From a virus (lineage: Duplodnaviria; Caudoviricetes), in the IMG/VR virus record IMGVR_UViG_3300017777_003146, positions 1 through 32,645 of that record: a stretch of DNA of 32,645 nucleotides, one strand, 5' to 3'. The notes under the pieces were generated by a model that saw nothing but the letters and a program-made list of their open reading frames with translations, was not told where the DNA came from and searched no databases. Shown here in pieces: positions 18,148-27,242 of the stretch. A program made the position numbers and the translations under genes. Within the stretch, counting starts at the first letter, position 1; each line of letters begins with the position of its first letter.

Positions 18148-21100
18148 ATGCTGCAACAATATAAAAATAAAGATAAATTTATAATTGGGCCAAATACAGC
18201 TCGTAGATTTTCTGCAAACACCGAAAATTTACTACAAAAAAATATCGTTACTACAGAATTTACAGAACCTTCAGTTGAATTACATATATATTCTGGCGAT
18301 ACTTGGATTTCTGGTAATCATTATGCTACAGTTATACAACAAACTGAAAAATTTTCACAAAAAATAATAAAACATAACCAACAAATTGAATTCAATGGAA
18401 GTCCAATTATTTTGGATGTATTTAGTGAATTTAAAAGTTTAGGCATACCTGTTGGTAATTTTAGTTTTGTTGTTAACTTTTTCAAAAACTGTATCGGGTC
18501 ATATGACAACCAGTATTTATACATTGATGAAATATCACCGGATCGTACGGAAATAAGGTTAAAATTAATTCCAAATGTATCTTCCGCAGGTAAACGTCAG
18601 TTTATAGATTATACAAAATTAAACAAAGAACAACCACAAACATCTAGACAATATTATACTCAGTATTTATTAAATTTTAGTAGAAATAAAACAATACCGT
18701 ATATTAATAGTGTAGTAATCGGTGATTTATTATATGTTAAACTAATTGATCCGCTACCGGACGATTTAGAAGTTCAATTTAAATGTTGGATAGTTGAAGA
18801 AAAACGATTACCACATATAGATTTTATATCGCTATATCCTAAAGATATACAACGAACTGTTAAACAATTAGCTAATGCAAATTTTGAGGTTAGTGTTGAT
18901 GGACAAAATCCTAATTCTGGTACTAATTTAAAATCATTTAATGAGTTATTAGGATCATCTGTTTCTACGTCGCAACAAATACTAGATCGTTATTTTTCTG
19001 GAAGTTTAGAAGGAGTACCATTAAATATAGATTATAGAGATTTTAATAACTTTATATTTTATAGTTCGGCTGAACAACGAGTGTATAATTTTAAATATAA
19101 ATTAGAATTATTAGAATATTATAATTCTCAGATAAATGTATTACAGTCTGTTTCTGGTTCTGCGGCTACTACTAATATTTCGGATTATGTAACATTAAAA
19201 ACTGGTGTAGTTAGTGAATTTGATGCGTTTGAACGTTATTTGTATTATGAATCATCTTCAATATTAACTACACATGACATACCAGTTTTAAATGCAAATG
19301 TATCGGCGCTGACAGGAAGTTATGTATTTCCTGCTCCAAAGTCTAATACATCAAAACCATATTCAGTGTATCCTACTACTAGTAGTATGTTTGTTAATTG
19401 GTATGATACATTAATATCATCGGCGTCGTATTATGATTCATTAAATTTAAATCGTTTAATATATTCATTACCAGATTCGTCAAGAAATATTGATGAAGAT
19501 AATCAATTAACATTATTTGTTGATATGTTAGGACATCATTATGACATTATACATTCATATGTTAAACAAGCATCATTAATATACAAATCAGAAGAAAATC
19601 CAAAAATTGGAGTACCAAACGACCTTTTATTATATGTTGCTAAACAATTTGGTTGGAATTTACAAGAAGGAAATCAATATCAAGATTTATGGCAATATTC
19701 TCTAGGAACTGATGAATATGGAACTCCATTAACAGGTTCTAATACTGTTGGCGATCCTAGTGTCCCTGGTAAAGAAATGACGAGTCATGTTTGGAGACGA
19801 ATTGTTAATAATTTACCATATATATTAAAATCTAAAGGAACAAAGCGAAGTGTTAAAGCTTTATTAGCATGTTACGGAATTCCAGAATCAATCATAACCA
19901 TTAACGAATATGGAGGTCCTAGAACTAATAGAATTCCTATATATGAAAAATTAAATTTTGATTATGCATTAGATTTAATAAATAATTCTTCGGGTACTGT
20001 TAAGATTAATTACAATCAACCAATTGGCGCGTATGAGATGCGTTTCCGCACTGCTAATGTGGTGACAACTCCTACTATTCCAAGTACCATGAATCTGGCT
20101 ACTATAGGCTCAAATGTTATTACATTAAATTTTAGCAGCGGTAATAAAGGTAATATTAGTATAAATGGTTCTTCAACCGGAAATATTGAATTATATGACG
20201 GTGGTTGGTTATCGTTATTAGTACAACAAAGTGGGTCTAAATTAGATTTATTAGTAAAAAAATCTAAATATGGTAAAATAGTTGCATCAGTTTCTTCATC
20301 TGTTGTAGGATCATTTACATCACCAGATTCAATTATATTAGGTGATACAACTAGTGGTTCTAGATTAGTAGGTCAATTACAAGAAGTACGATTATATAGC
20401 GGTAGTTTATCTGTATCTGCATTTGAGAATCACACAAAAGCACCTGCGGCATATGATACTGATACGTCTACATATGATGAATTATTATTTAGATTACCAT
20501 TAACTCAAAAAATAGATCACAGTTTAACTGGTAGTTTGGTTGGTGTACAACCAATATCATCTTCAGTATCAGCATCATTCTCATTATGGACAACATTAGA
20601 ACCATATGATTCAATCGAAGAAACTTATTATTATGATGGAATTTCTGTAGCAGTCGGAACAAATGATGATAATAAAATTCGTATTGAGCAAAATGATTTA
20701 ATTGAAAATACTTTATATGTAAATCAAAGAGCTGAAACTAGTCAATATGATTTAGCTCCATTAGATAGCAATAGAATTGGTGTATATTTTTCACCGCAAA
20801 CCATGATTAATGAAGATATCATTGCTCATTTAGGATATACGGAAATAGATCAATATATTGGTGATCCTGGAGATGCTGGTCGTACTGAATATCCATTATT
20901 AAAACAAGTTGCGTCTGCATATTGGAAAAAATATTTAGACAAGAATGATATGAATTCGTATATACGAATATTCACATTGTTTGATTTATCATTCTTTCAA
21001 CAATTAAAACAATTACTACCTGCTCGTGCCGAAAAATTAACAGGTATTTTAATACAACCAAATGTTCTTGAACGAAATAAACAGGCTACTATGCCAATTA

Positions 21101-21873
21101 TTAGTAGAACATTTAATTATTATGAAGTAGATACATATGCAACTGCTTCTGCAACATCAGAGTATCTTGTATTATCAGCATCAATGCGAGTACCAGACGA
21201 ACCATTAAATGGTGATTATTTAACATTATCGGCATCTATTGATTCTCCAGATAATACTATTAATAGTGATTATTTAAGCAAATTAGTAGCTAATGTATCA
21301 TTAAACCAATATGTAGTAACTGGTTCATCAGATGCTATACCAGAAACTTTAATTGATGTAACTAGTATAAATTATATATCCGGATCTGTTACGACATTAT
21401 TTGGTGGTGTTAATATTAATTATATACAGTTTAGTAGTAATGGGTTTGATAGCACATTGAATTTTTATTTAACTCAAAGTTCAGATCAACGTTATAAATC
21501 TAGTAATTATTCATATAACTATTTAATTAAATCTGGTAGTACTTATATAACAGGATCTTCGCCATATTGGAAAAATGAGCCATTTGTAGCAGCAATTACG
21601 TCGAGTGTATATTCTGAATTTTTGAAAAAAATAGAAACATTTATTTCAGGTGGTATTAAATATACAATATCATCTTCGAAAAGTAGTGTTAGTGATTTTA
21701 AACCTACTGGTATGGCTAATGCAAAATATAATGGATCTAAAATGTCAAGTCCAGGATTTAATCAACCATCGCCTGATACATATCAAGGTAAACCTGTAGT
21801 TGAAATTATAATAGTTAATCCAAATCAAGTTGTATTTAATAATACGACAACAACAAACCCTACGGGTACTTAA
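18148..21873 (+). CDS. Large baseplate/tail protein (gp7/gpI-like segment + LamG-like domain)
   Basis: LLLYVAKQFGW...LKSKGTKRSVKALLACYGI wedge-type motif; GGWLSLLV...IILG...GQLQEVRLY LamG-like pattern. Confidence 0.65.
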   Translation: MLQQYKNKDKFIIGPNTARRFSANTENLLQKNIVTTEFTEPSVELHIYSGDTWISGNHYATVIQQTEKFSQKIIKHNQQIEFNGSPIILDVFSEFKSLGIPVGNFSFVVNFFKNCIGSYDNQYLYIDEISPDRTEIRLKLIPNVSSAGKRQFIDYTKLNKEQPQTSRQYYTQYLLNFSRNKTIPYINSVVIGDLLYVKLIDPLPDDLEVQFKCWIVEEKRLPHIDFISLYPKDIQRTVKQLANANFEVSVDGQNPNSGTNLKSFNELLGSSVSTSQQILDRYFSGSLEGVPLNIDYRDFNNFIFYSSAEQRVYNFKYKLELLEYYNSQINVLQSVSGSAATTNISDYVTLKTGVVSEFDAFERYLYYESSSILTTHDIPVLNANVSALTGSYVFPAPKSNTSKPYSVYPTTSSMFVNWYDTLISSASYYDSLNLNRLIYSLPDSSRNIDEDNQLTLFVDMLGHHYDIIHSYVKQASLIYKSEENPKIGVPNDLLLYVAKQFGWNLQEGNQYQDLWQYSLGTDEYGTPLTGSNTVGDPSVPGKEMTSHVWRRIVNNLPYILKSKGTKRSVKALLACYGIPESIITINEYGGPRTNRIPIYEKLNFDYALDLINNSSGTVKINYNQPIGAYEMRFRTANVVTTPTIPSTMNLATIGSNVITLNFSSGNKGNISINGSSTGNIELYDGGWLSLLVQQSGSKLDLLVKKSKYGKIVASVSSSVVGSFTSPDSIILGDTTSGSRLVGQLQEVRLYSGSLSVSAFENHTKAPAAYDTDTSTYDELLFRLPLTQKIDHSLTGSLVGVQPISSSVSASFSLWTTLEPYDSIEETYYYDGISVAVGTNDDNKIRIEQNDLIENTLYVNQRAETSQYDLAPLDSNRIGVYFSPQTMINEDIIAHLGYTEIDQYIGDPGDAGRTEYPLLKQVASAYWKKYLDKNDMNSYIRIFTLFDLSFFQQLKQLLPARAEKLTGILIQPNVLERNKQATMPIISRTFNYYEVDTYATASATSEYLVLSASMRVPDEPLNGDYLTLSASIDSPDNTINSDYLSKLVANVSLNQYVVTGSSDAIPETLIDVTSINYISGSVTTLFGGVNINYIQFSSNGFDSTLNFYLTQSSDQRYKSSNYSYNYLIKSGSTYITGSSPYWKNEPFVAAITSSVYSEFLKKIETFISGGIKYTISSSKSSVSDFKPTGMANAKYNGSKMSSPGFNQPSPDTYQGKPVVEIIIVNPNQVVFNNTTTTNPTGT

Positions 21874-21897
21874 AAAAAATAAAAATTAATAATCAAT

Positions 21898-21906
21898 ATA
21901 TTTATA
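21898..21906 (+). promoter_or_regulatory. Putative late promoter ATATTTATA
   Basis: Recurrent motif, 19 nt before ATG 21926. Confidence 0.7.
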
Positions 21907-21925
21907 TTAAATAACAAAGGAATTT

Positions 21926-22555
21926 ATGGGATATTTAAATAATTCGAGCGTTACTATAGACGCAATTTTAACTATAAAAGGACGTGAATTGTTAGCACAA
22001 GGGGCTGACAAATTTAAGATTACTCAATTTGCATTAGGTGATGATGAAGTTGATTACACATTATGGAATACAGATCACCCATTGGGTACTGCATATTATG
22101 GTACGATTATCGAAAATATGCCGGTATTAGAAGCAATTCCTGATGAAACTCAAGCATTACGTTCAAAACTAGTTACATTACCTAAAGGCGCTAAAAAAAT
22201 TCCAATCGTAACTGTTGGTGCTACTACTATAGTATTAAAAAATAATGAAACTTCTCCAATAAAACCATCAACAACTAATATTGCTAATGCAAATGTTAAT
22301 TTAGGATATACTGCGATTGTTTCTGATAATACAGTATTAGGTATACGTGTTGTAGATCCGATCCCAGGTGCTAGTGCAACTGCGACTTTTTATCAAAATT
22401 CAGATGCATCTTCTATATCACTTACCGGTCGTTCGTTTGAAATTACAGGATTAGCTTCTACATTAGAAGATAAATCGGCAATTGTAACAATTGTAGGTAA
22501 CGAAACTGGTGGTAGTGTATCAATTGCAATTACAGTAAAACGTGTTACTTTATAA
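21926..22555 (+). CDS. Baseplate/tail-fibre attachment protein
   Basis: AILTIKGRELLA...ITQFALGD resembles the N-terminus of P2 gpH/DUF3751-type tail-collar domains; AAAGGA upstream. Confidence 0.55.
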   Translation: MGYLNNSSVTIDAILTIKGRELLAQGADKFKITQFALGDDEVDYTLWNTDHPLGTAYYGTIIENMPVLEAIPDETQALRSKLVTLPKGAKKIPIVTVGATTIVLKNNETSPIKPSTTNIANANVNLGYTAIVSDNTVLGIRVVDPIPGASATATFYQNSDASSISLTGRSFEITGLASTLEDKSAIVTIVGNETGGSVSIAITVKRVTL

Positions 22556-22578
22556 TTATATAAAAAAAAGATTAAAAT

Positions 22579-24117
22579 ATGATACAATTAATTAAAAACA
22601 AATACCCAGCAATCGGTCAAACGTTTAGAGGTTCGTATAATCCAGCTGCAGCATTTAGACCTGCAGGTTTTCCGCGAACCGCGTTTGATACATTTGAGAC
22701 TTTTACACCAGCGAATGGTTTTGATCCAATTTCAGATTTTACGCCTAGGGTTCCATTTAATCCAGTATTTGATGAGCCATTTAATACAGGACGTCCTCCT
22801 ATTGTTGGTGGACCACCAGTATCAATACCAACACCGGTAATTTCAGGGCCTACTTTTCCAATTGGCGTTAATCCATTTAATCCATCGCAATTTCCAGATC
22901 CATATGGGGGTTTCCCACAATTCAATCCAAATGAAATATTTAATCCAGCTGATACTGTAAATTACAGAGGACCGCGTGGTGCATTTGTACCAGGAGGTAA
23001 TTTTCCAAATATTCCAAATCGATACTTACAACAAGCAGTAACAGGTATTGGTACATTTTCTAGATTTAATATGGCAGAAGATGTATTGCAACAACAAACT
23101 GAAATTGTAACAGGTGGTGTTTGGAGTAGTGGTGATGCATCATTAACTACATTCTTCTCTTCATCGGCCCAAACTACATCGCAACGTCGTTATTATGTTG
23201 AAGTATATGACGGAATTCCGTCAGCTGAGGGGTCTGCTGCACAATTTTCGTTAGCATATGGTCATGCATTTGGTAGTGGTTCGGATTCTCAAGGTCAATT
23301 AAATGATTCACCATCTAGAGCAATATATTCTCAGTATAGAAATTTATTATTAACACCAGGAACATCTAGATTTACAACATATGGTTCTGGTTCTACTAAT
23401 AGTATATATGCAATTTCATTTAATCGTAACCGTTTAAAAGAGCGTTTAGATCCAGGAAATTTTGAAATTCCATTAGCGCTAATATCTGGTTCTAGACCGG
23501 TTAATGCTACGGGTAGTGTTGCAATTTCAAGTTCAAATGTAGTATTTACACTAATTGATGATTCTAGTATTAATACAGGTTCATTTACAGCAACAGGTGG
23601 TAGAGTTTATAATATAGTTTCTGGTTCAATTACATCGGGTGTACATAACCCATCTACTCCTATATATTATGGTGTATCATATCCTGATTATGGTGCTGTA
23701 ATATTAGATGGAAATGTTTTAGATCAAAAATTAAATTTCCAAACAGGTCAAGCAACTAGTATAGAAGCAAACAACCATTTTGCATTATTTAGATCAATAT
23801 CTGGTTCTGGAACACTTACTAATCCTACAACTACGGATCCATTTGGATTCTTAGCAAGAAATTCTGAAAAAATTACAAGTACACATTTCTTTGTTCGAAT
23901 TAAAAATGGTCAATTTAATTATACTAATAATCCAACTTTCATTACTGGAAGTAATGGTGACGTTTTAACATCATTCTTAACTGATCCTGTAACTTATATT
24001 ACAACTATCGGTTTATATAATGATCAACAAGAATTATTAGCAATTGCAAAAGTTAGTCAACCAATTTTAAAATCATTTAGTAGAGAATCATTGATTCGAG
24101 TTAAATTAGATTTTTAA
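22579..24117 (+). CDS. Virion structural protein with a Pro/Phe-rich N-terminal extension
   Basis: C-terminal TYITTIGLYNDQQELLAIAKVSQPILK...IRVKLDF is shared with the next gene. Confidence 0.7.
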   Translation: MIQLIKNKYPAIGQTFRGSYNPAAAFRPAGFPRTAFDTFETFTPANGFDPISDFTPRVPFNPVFDEPFNTGRPPIVGGPPVSIPTPVISGPTFPIGVNPFNPSQFPDPYGGFPQFNPNEIFNPADTVNYRGPRGAFVPGGNFPNIPNRYLQQAVTGIGTFSRFNMAEDVLQQQTEIVTGGVWSSGDASLTTFFSSSAQTTSQRRYYVEVYDGIPSAEGSAAQFSLAYGHAFGSGSDSQGQLNDSPSRAIYSQYRNLLLTPGTSRFTTYGSGSTNSIYAISFNRNRLKERLDPGNFEIPLALISGSRPVNATGSVAISSSNVVFTLIDDSSINTGSFTATGGRVYNIVSGSITSGVHNPSTPIYYGVSYPDYGAVILDGNVLDQKLNFQTGQATSIEANNHFALFRSISGSGTLTNPTTTDPFGFLARNSEKITSTHFFVRIKNGQFNYTNNPTFITGSNGDVLTSFLTDPVTYITTIGLYNDQQELLAIAKVSQPILKSFSRESLIRVKLDF

Positions 24118-24136
24118 AATAATTAACCAATAATAA

Positions 24137-24174
24137 GACCCTGTTATATTTATTTAATATAAACAGGGTTTTTT
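24137..24174 (+). terminator. Intrinsic terminator hairpin enclosing an ATATTTAT motif (24146-24153)
   Basis: ACCCTGTT-ATATT-TATTT-AATAT-A-AACAGGGT followed by a T-run. Confidence 0.75.
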
Positions 24175-24180
24175 ACTATT

Positions 24181-25827
24181 ATGCCAAACGATATTATTAA
24201 TTTAGATTCAATATATTCAGATGAATCGGCTACCGTATTTAAAAGTATTGATATAGATGATGTAAATCTTACACCATTTTTATCACATAAATCTTGGATA
24301 ATAACTTCTGGTAGCGCTACTAGTTCGGTATTACCGCTAACAGCAATTTATTCTGATATATCTGATTTACCACCACTTGGTACCGAACTAACATATATTA
24401 ATCTCAAAAATATCGATAACTCTTTACAAACAGTAACATATTTTTCAGTTAATCATTTATTTTATAAAAGAAAAAATCAATTTAATTCATTCGGTAATTC
24501 TAACTTAAATCAAATAAAAAAATTTTTATATCAAAGTGCATCGATATTATCATTTCCAGGAAAACGCGTTGGATTATATATAAAACCAACTTCATTTGAA
24601 TTAACTACAGTTATTCCAAATATAACAACGGGTTCTGGAGTATATGGTTCTGGAGTATATGGTGCGGGTATATATGGTGCGTCATCTAGTATAAATTATA
24701 CGATGCATTTAAAATCAGATAAATATGGAAATTTATATGACACTTCAATTAATTCTAGTTCTATAGTATCAGGAGTTGTTTTTTATGAAGGTTTCAATGA
24801 ATATTTTGATACTAATAGAATTTCATATGAATCTTCGAATGTGACATATACTGGTGGTGTTAATACAAATGATGGTATATCTAATATAATCGGCTTATCG
24901 GCTAAATTTAATGGTAATGGTTATATAAAACAAAATTTAGATCAAAAATTTAATAGAGATGGAAATTTTGCAATATCATTTTATATATCAGCATCTACAT
25001 TTTCAGGAACAGATAAATTAATATTAGCTAAATCTAATCAATCTAATAAACAATATCCATTTAAATTAGAGTTGAGTGGTAGTAATCAAATTAAATTTAC
25101 AGCAGCTGCTGATAATGATTTAAAATTAACAATAACTTCATCAATATTACCAAATGGTTGGAATCATATAATATGTCAAAAATCTGAAAGTTATATGCAA
25201 ATTTACACAAATGCTAGTTTAGAATATTCTGCTAGTAACCCGGCATTTGTGATTCCAAATACGTGGGCAACCGCTAGCGGATATATTGATAACACAGATC
25301 CATTGTATATAGGTGGGTTTGGCACTAATAGCTCAAATCTAACGGGCTGTCTAGATGAAATTAGAATCTTTAATAAGTCATTGACAACTAGCAATATAAG
25401 TGCGTTAAGTAATAGATCTATTACCGGCTCTATGTTGCAAACAAATATTGTTGGAAATGTATATCATGAGCAAGGAATGGTAATTATTTCTAGTCCAAAT
25501 ATTTTATATAAAGATTTAATTAATACTCCATTTACTGCTAGTTATCGAAGCACAGTTAAAACTACAGAAATGTCTGTTGTTGCTCGTGTACCTGCGGGTG
25601 ATTTTAATATGAGTTTGAATAAAACGTTATTACGAGATGATTTAGAAACATATCAAACATATACAACGAGTAGTGTATTTTCTCCATATATAACAACGGT
25701 TGGATTATATAGTCCCGGTGGTGTTTTAGTTGCAGTTGCAAAATTAGCACAACCAGTAAAAAAACGAGATGATGTAGATTTAAATTTTTTAGTACAAATT
25801 GATTTAGATTTAGAATATAATAAATAA
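24181..25827 (+). CDS. Virion structural protein with a LamG/concanavalin-A-like domain
   Basis: SAKFNG.GY, FAISFYI, GWNHII, PLYIGG, GCLDEIRIFNKSLT; C-terminal PYITTVGLY...VAVAKLAQPVKK. Confidence 0.75.
   Translation: MPNDIINLDSIYSDESATVFKSIDIDDVNLTPFLSHKSWIITSGSATSSVLPLTAIYSDISDLPPLGTELTYINLKNIDNSLQTVTYFSVNHLFYKRKNQFNSFGNSNLNQIKKFLYQSASILSFPGKRVGLYIKPTSFELTTVIPNITTGSGVYGSGVYGAGIYGASSSINYTMHLKSDKYGNLYDTSINSSSIVSGVVFYEGFNEYFDTNRISYESSNVTYTGGVNTNDGISNIIGLSAKFNGNGYIKQNLDQKFNRDGNFAISFYISASTFSGTDKLILAKSNQSNKQYPFKLELSGSNQIKFTAAADNDLKLTITSSILPNGWNHIICQKSESYMQIYTNASLEYSASNPAFVIPNTWATASGYIDNTDPLYIGGFGTNSSNLTGCLDEIRIFNKSLTTSNISALSNRSITGSMLQTNIVGNVYHEQGMVIISSPNILYKDLINTPFTASYRSTVKTTEMSVVARVPAGDFNMSLNKTLLRDDLETYQTYTTSSVFSPYITTVGLYSPGGVLVAVAKLAQPVKKRDDVDLNFLVQIDLDLEYNK
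24631..24678 (+). repeat. 15-nt tandem repeat coding GSGVY-GSGVY-GAGIY-G
   Basis: GGTTCTGGAGTATAT x2 exact plus one degenerate copy. Confidence 0.9.
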
Positions 25828-25842
25828 ATAAAAGGATAAAAC

Positions 25843-26562
25843 ATGATTAATTTAAAAAAATTAATATTTGAAGATAATTTTGGCGGCGGTGGTCAACGTG
25901 GTGGTGGTTCTGGTAAAGGAACTGGTTATTATAAAGATCAGGTGTCATATGACATATCAACTCCAATAGTTTTAAATAAAGATAAATTTAAAACAGGTAC
26001 TGATACAATTGATACGTCTAGTAAAGAATATATAAAATTGAAAAATATTTTAGCTAATTTACCTACATCAAAAACAAAACTAGATATTAGTATAATTGGT
26101 AGTGCATCGACAGTTGGAAATGACCAAGGATACGATAATAAAGGATTAGCATTAAGACGAGCTGAAAAGTTAGCAGCACAACTTATGAAAGATATCCCAG
26201 GCTTACGAGATAAAGTTAATCTTAAAATTACAGGACAAGTAGTACCACAAACTAATGTTCCTGAATCTCCACAAGCATTAGCAGCACAAAAAATTACTGT
26301 AATATTCAACCAAAAAAATAAACAATCAACTTTTGTACCTATAGAAGTTGATAATACCGCAGCAAATATTAATAAATTTCGACCACTACCAGTTAAAGAC
26401 AAGGATGATGACGATGAGGAACAAGATATAATTGGAGATTTGCAATCTAGAATATGTATTAAAATTGATGATAAATATATAAACGATTATAAACAAATGA
26501 TCCGTGATTTTAAATTAAAACATGGTTTGAAAATAGTTCCAATTAGTATAACTAAAATTTAA
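25843..26562 (+). CDS. OmpA-C-like (peptidoglycan-binding fold) protein with an N-terminal leader
   Basis: FKTG...I...ISIIGSASTVG....DNKGLALRRAEKL matches the OmpA_C pattern F-x-x-G...G-x-[AT]-[DS]...N-x-x-L[SA]-x-x-RA. Confidence 0.65.
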   Translation: MINLKKLIFEDNFGGGGQRGGGSGKGTGYYKDQVSYDISTPIVLNKDKFKTGTDTIDTSSKEYIKLKNILANLPTSKTKLDISIIGSASTVGNDQGYDNKGLALRRAEKLAAQLMKDIPGLRDKVNLKITGQVVPQTNVPESPQALAAQKITVIFNQKNKQSTFVPIEVDNTAANINKFRPLPVKDKDDDDEEQDIIGDLQSRICIKIDDKYINDYKQMIRDFKLKHGLKIVPISITKI

Positions 26563-26574
26563 AACGGTTTAAAA

Positions 26575-27240
26575 ATGATTAATTTAAAAACATTATTATT
26601 CGAAGGATCATCACAAGTTAAGTTAACAGAACCATTTACATTAAGTGATAACGATCCATGGGAATATTACGTAGATGATAAAACTGAAATCGTATATACT
26701 AGAAAAAAGGGTACGACAAAATGGTTAGATATGAAATCTAGATTATCTGATACATCATATAAAACAGCTGTTAATCGAATACTTAAAGGACCTAGATTAT
26801 CAATTAATTCCGATGATAATAAAAAAGATACAGACCAAGATAATAAGAAAATTAAAAAACATGATCAAGGCATAACCAGAGATGATTTAGGATATATTAT
26901 TTCAGGAAAGTCGTCTGTATATGGCAAAACAATATCATTACGTACTAATATGCAAAATGCCGGAATTGTTATATTAAAACAACTTGATATTGACGATATC
27001 AATAGAAAAATGGGAACAATCGATCATGGGGTCACAGATGTTGTAACAACGTTATATCCAGAAGAATCAAAATATTATCAAGTAGGCGATATAAAAACAA
27101 TAACTATGCCAATGGACCGCGGAGCATATAGTAAACAAGAAGATCCGAATTCGGGACGTAAATTTACATATTTATATATTGTTGGAACAAATGGATATAA
27201 AGGATGGATTCCATCAAATACAGTTAAAATTAATAGTTAA
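26575..27240 (+). CDS. Hypothetical protein with an N-terminal leader and a C-terminal SH3b-like segment
   Basis: Leader MINLKTLLFE; ends YLYIVGTNGYKGWIPSNTV, an SH3b-type G-x-x-GW[IV] ending. Confidence 0.6.
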   Translation: MINLKTLLFEGSSQVKLTEPFTLSDNDPWEYYVDDKTEIVYTRKKGTTKWLDMKSRLSDTSYKTAVNRILKGPRLSINSDDNKKDTDQDNKKIKKHDQGITRDDLGYIISGKSSVYGKTISLRTNMQNAGIVILKQLDIDDINRKMGTIDHGVTDVVTTLYPEESKYYQVGDIKTITMPMDRGAYSKQEDPNSGRKFTYLYIVGTNGYKGWIPSNTVKINS

Positions 27241-27242
27241 TT

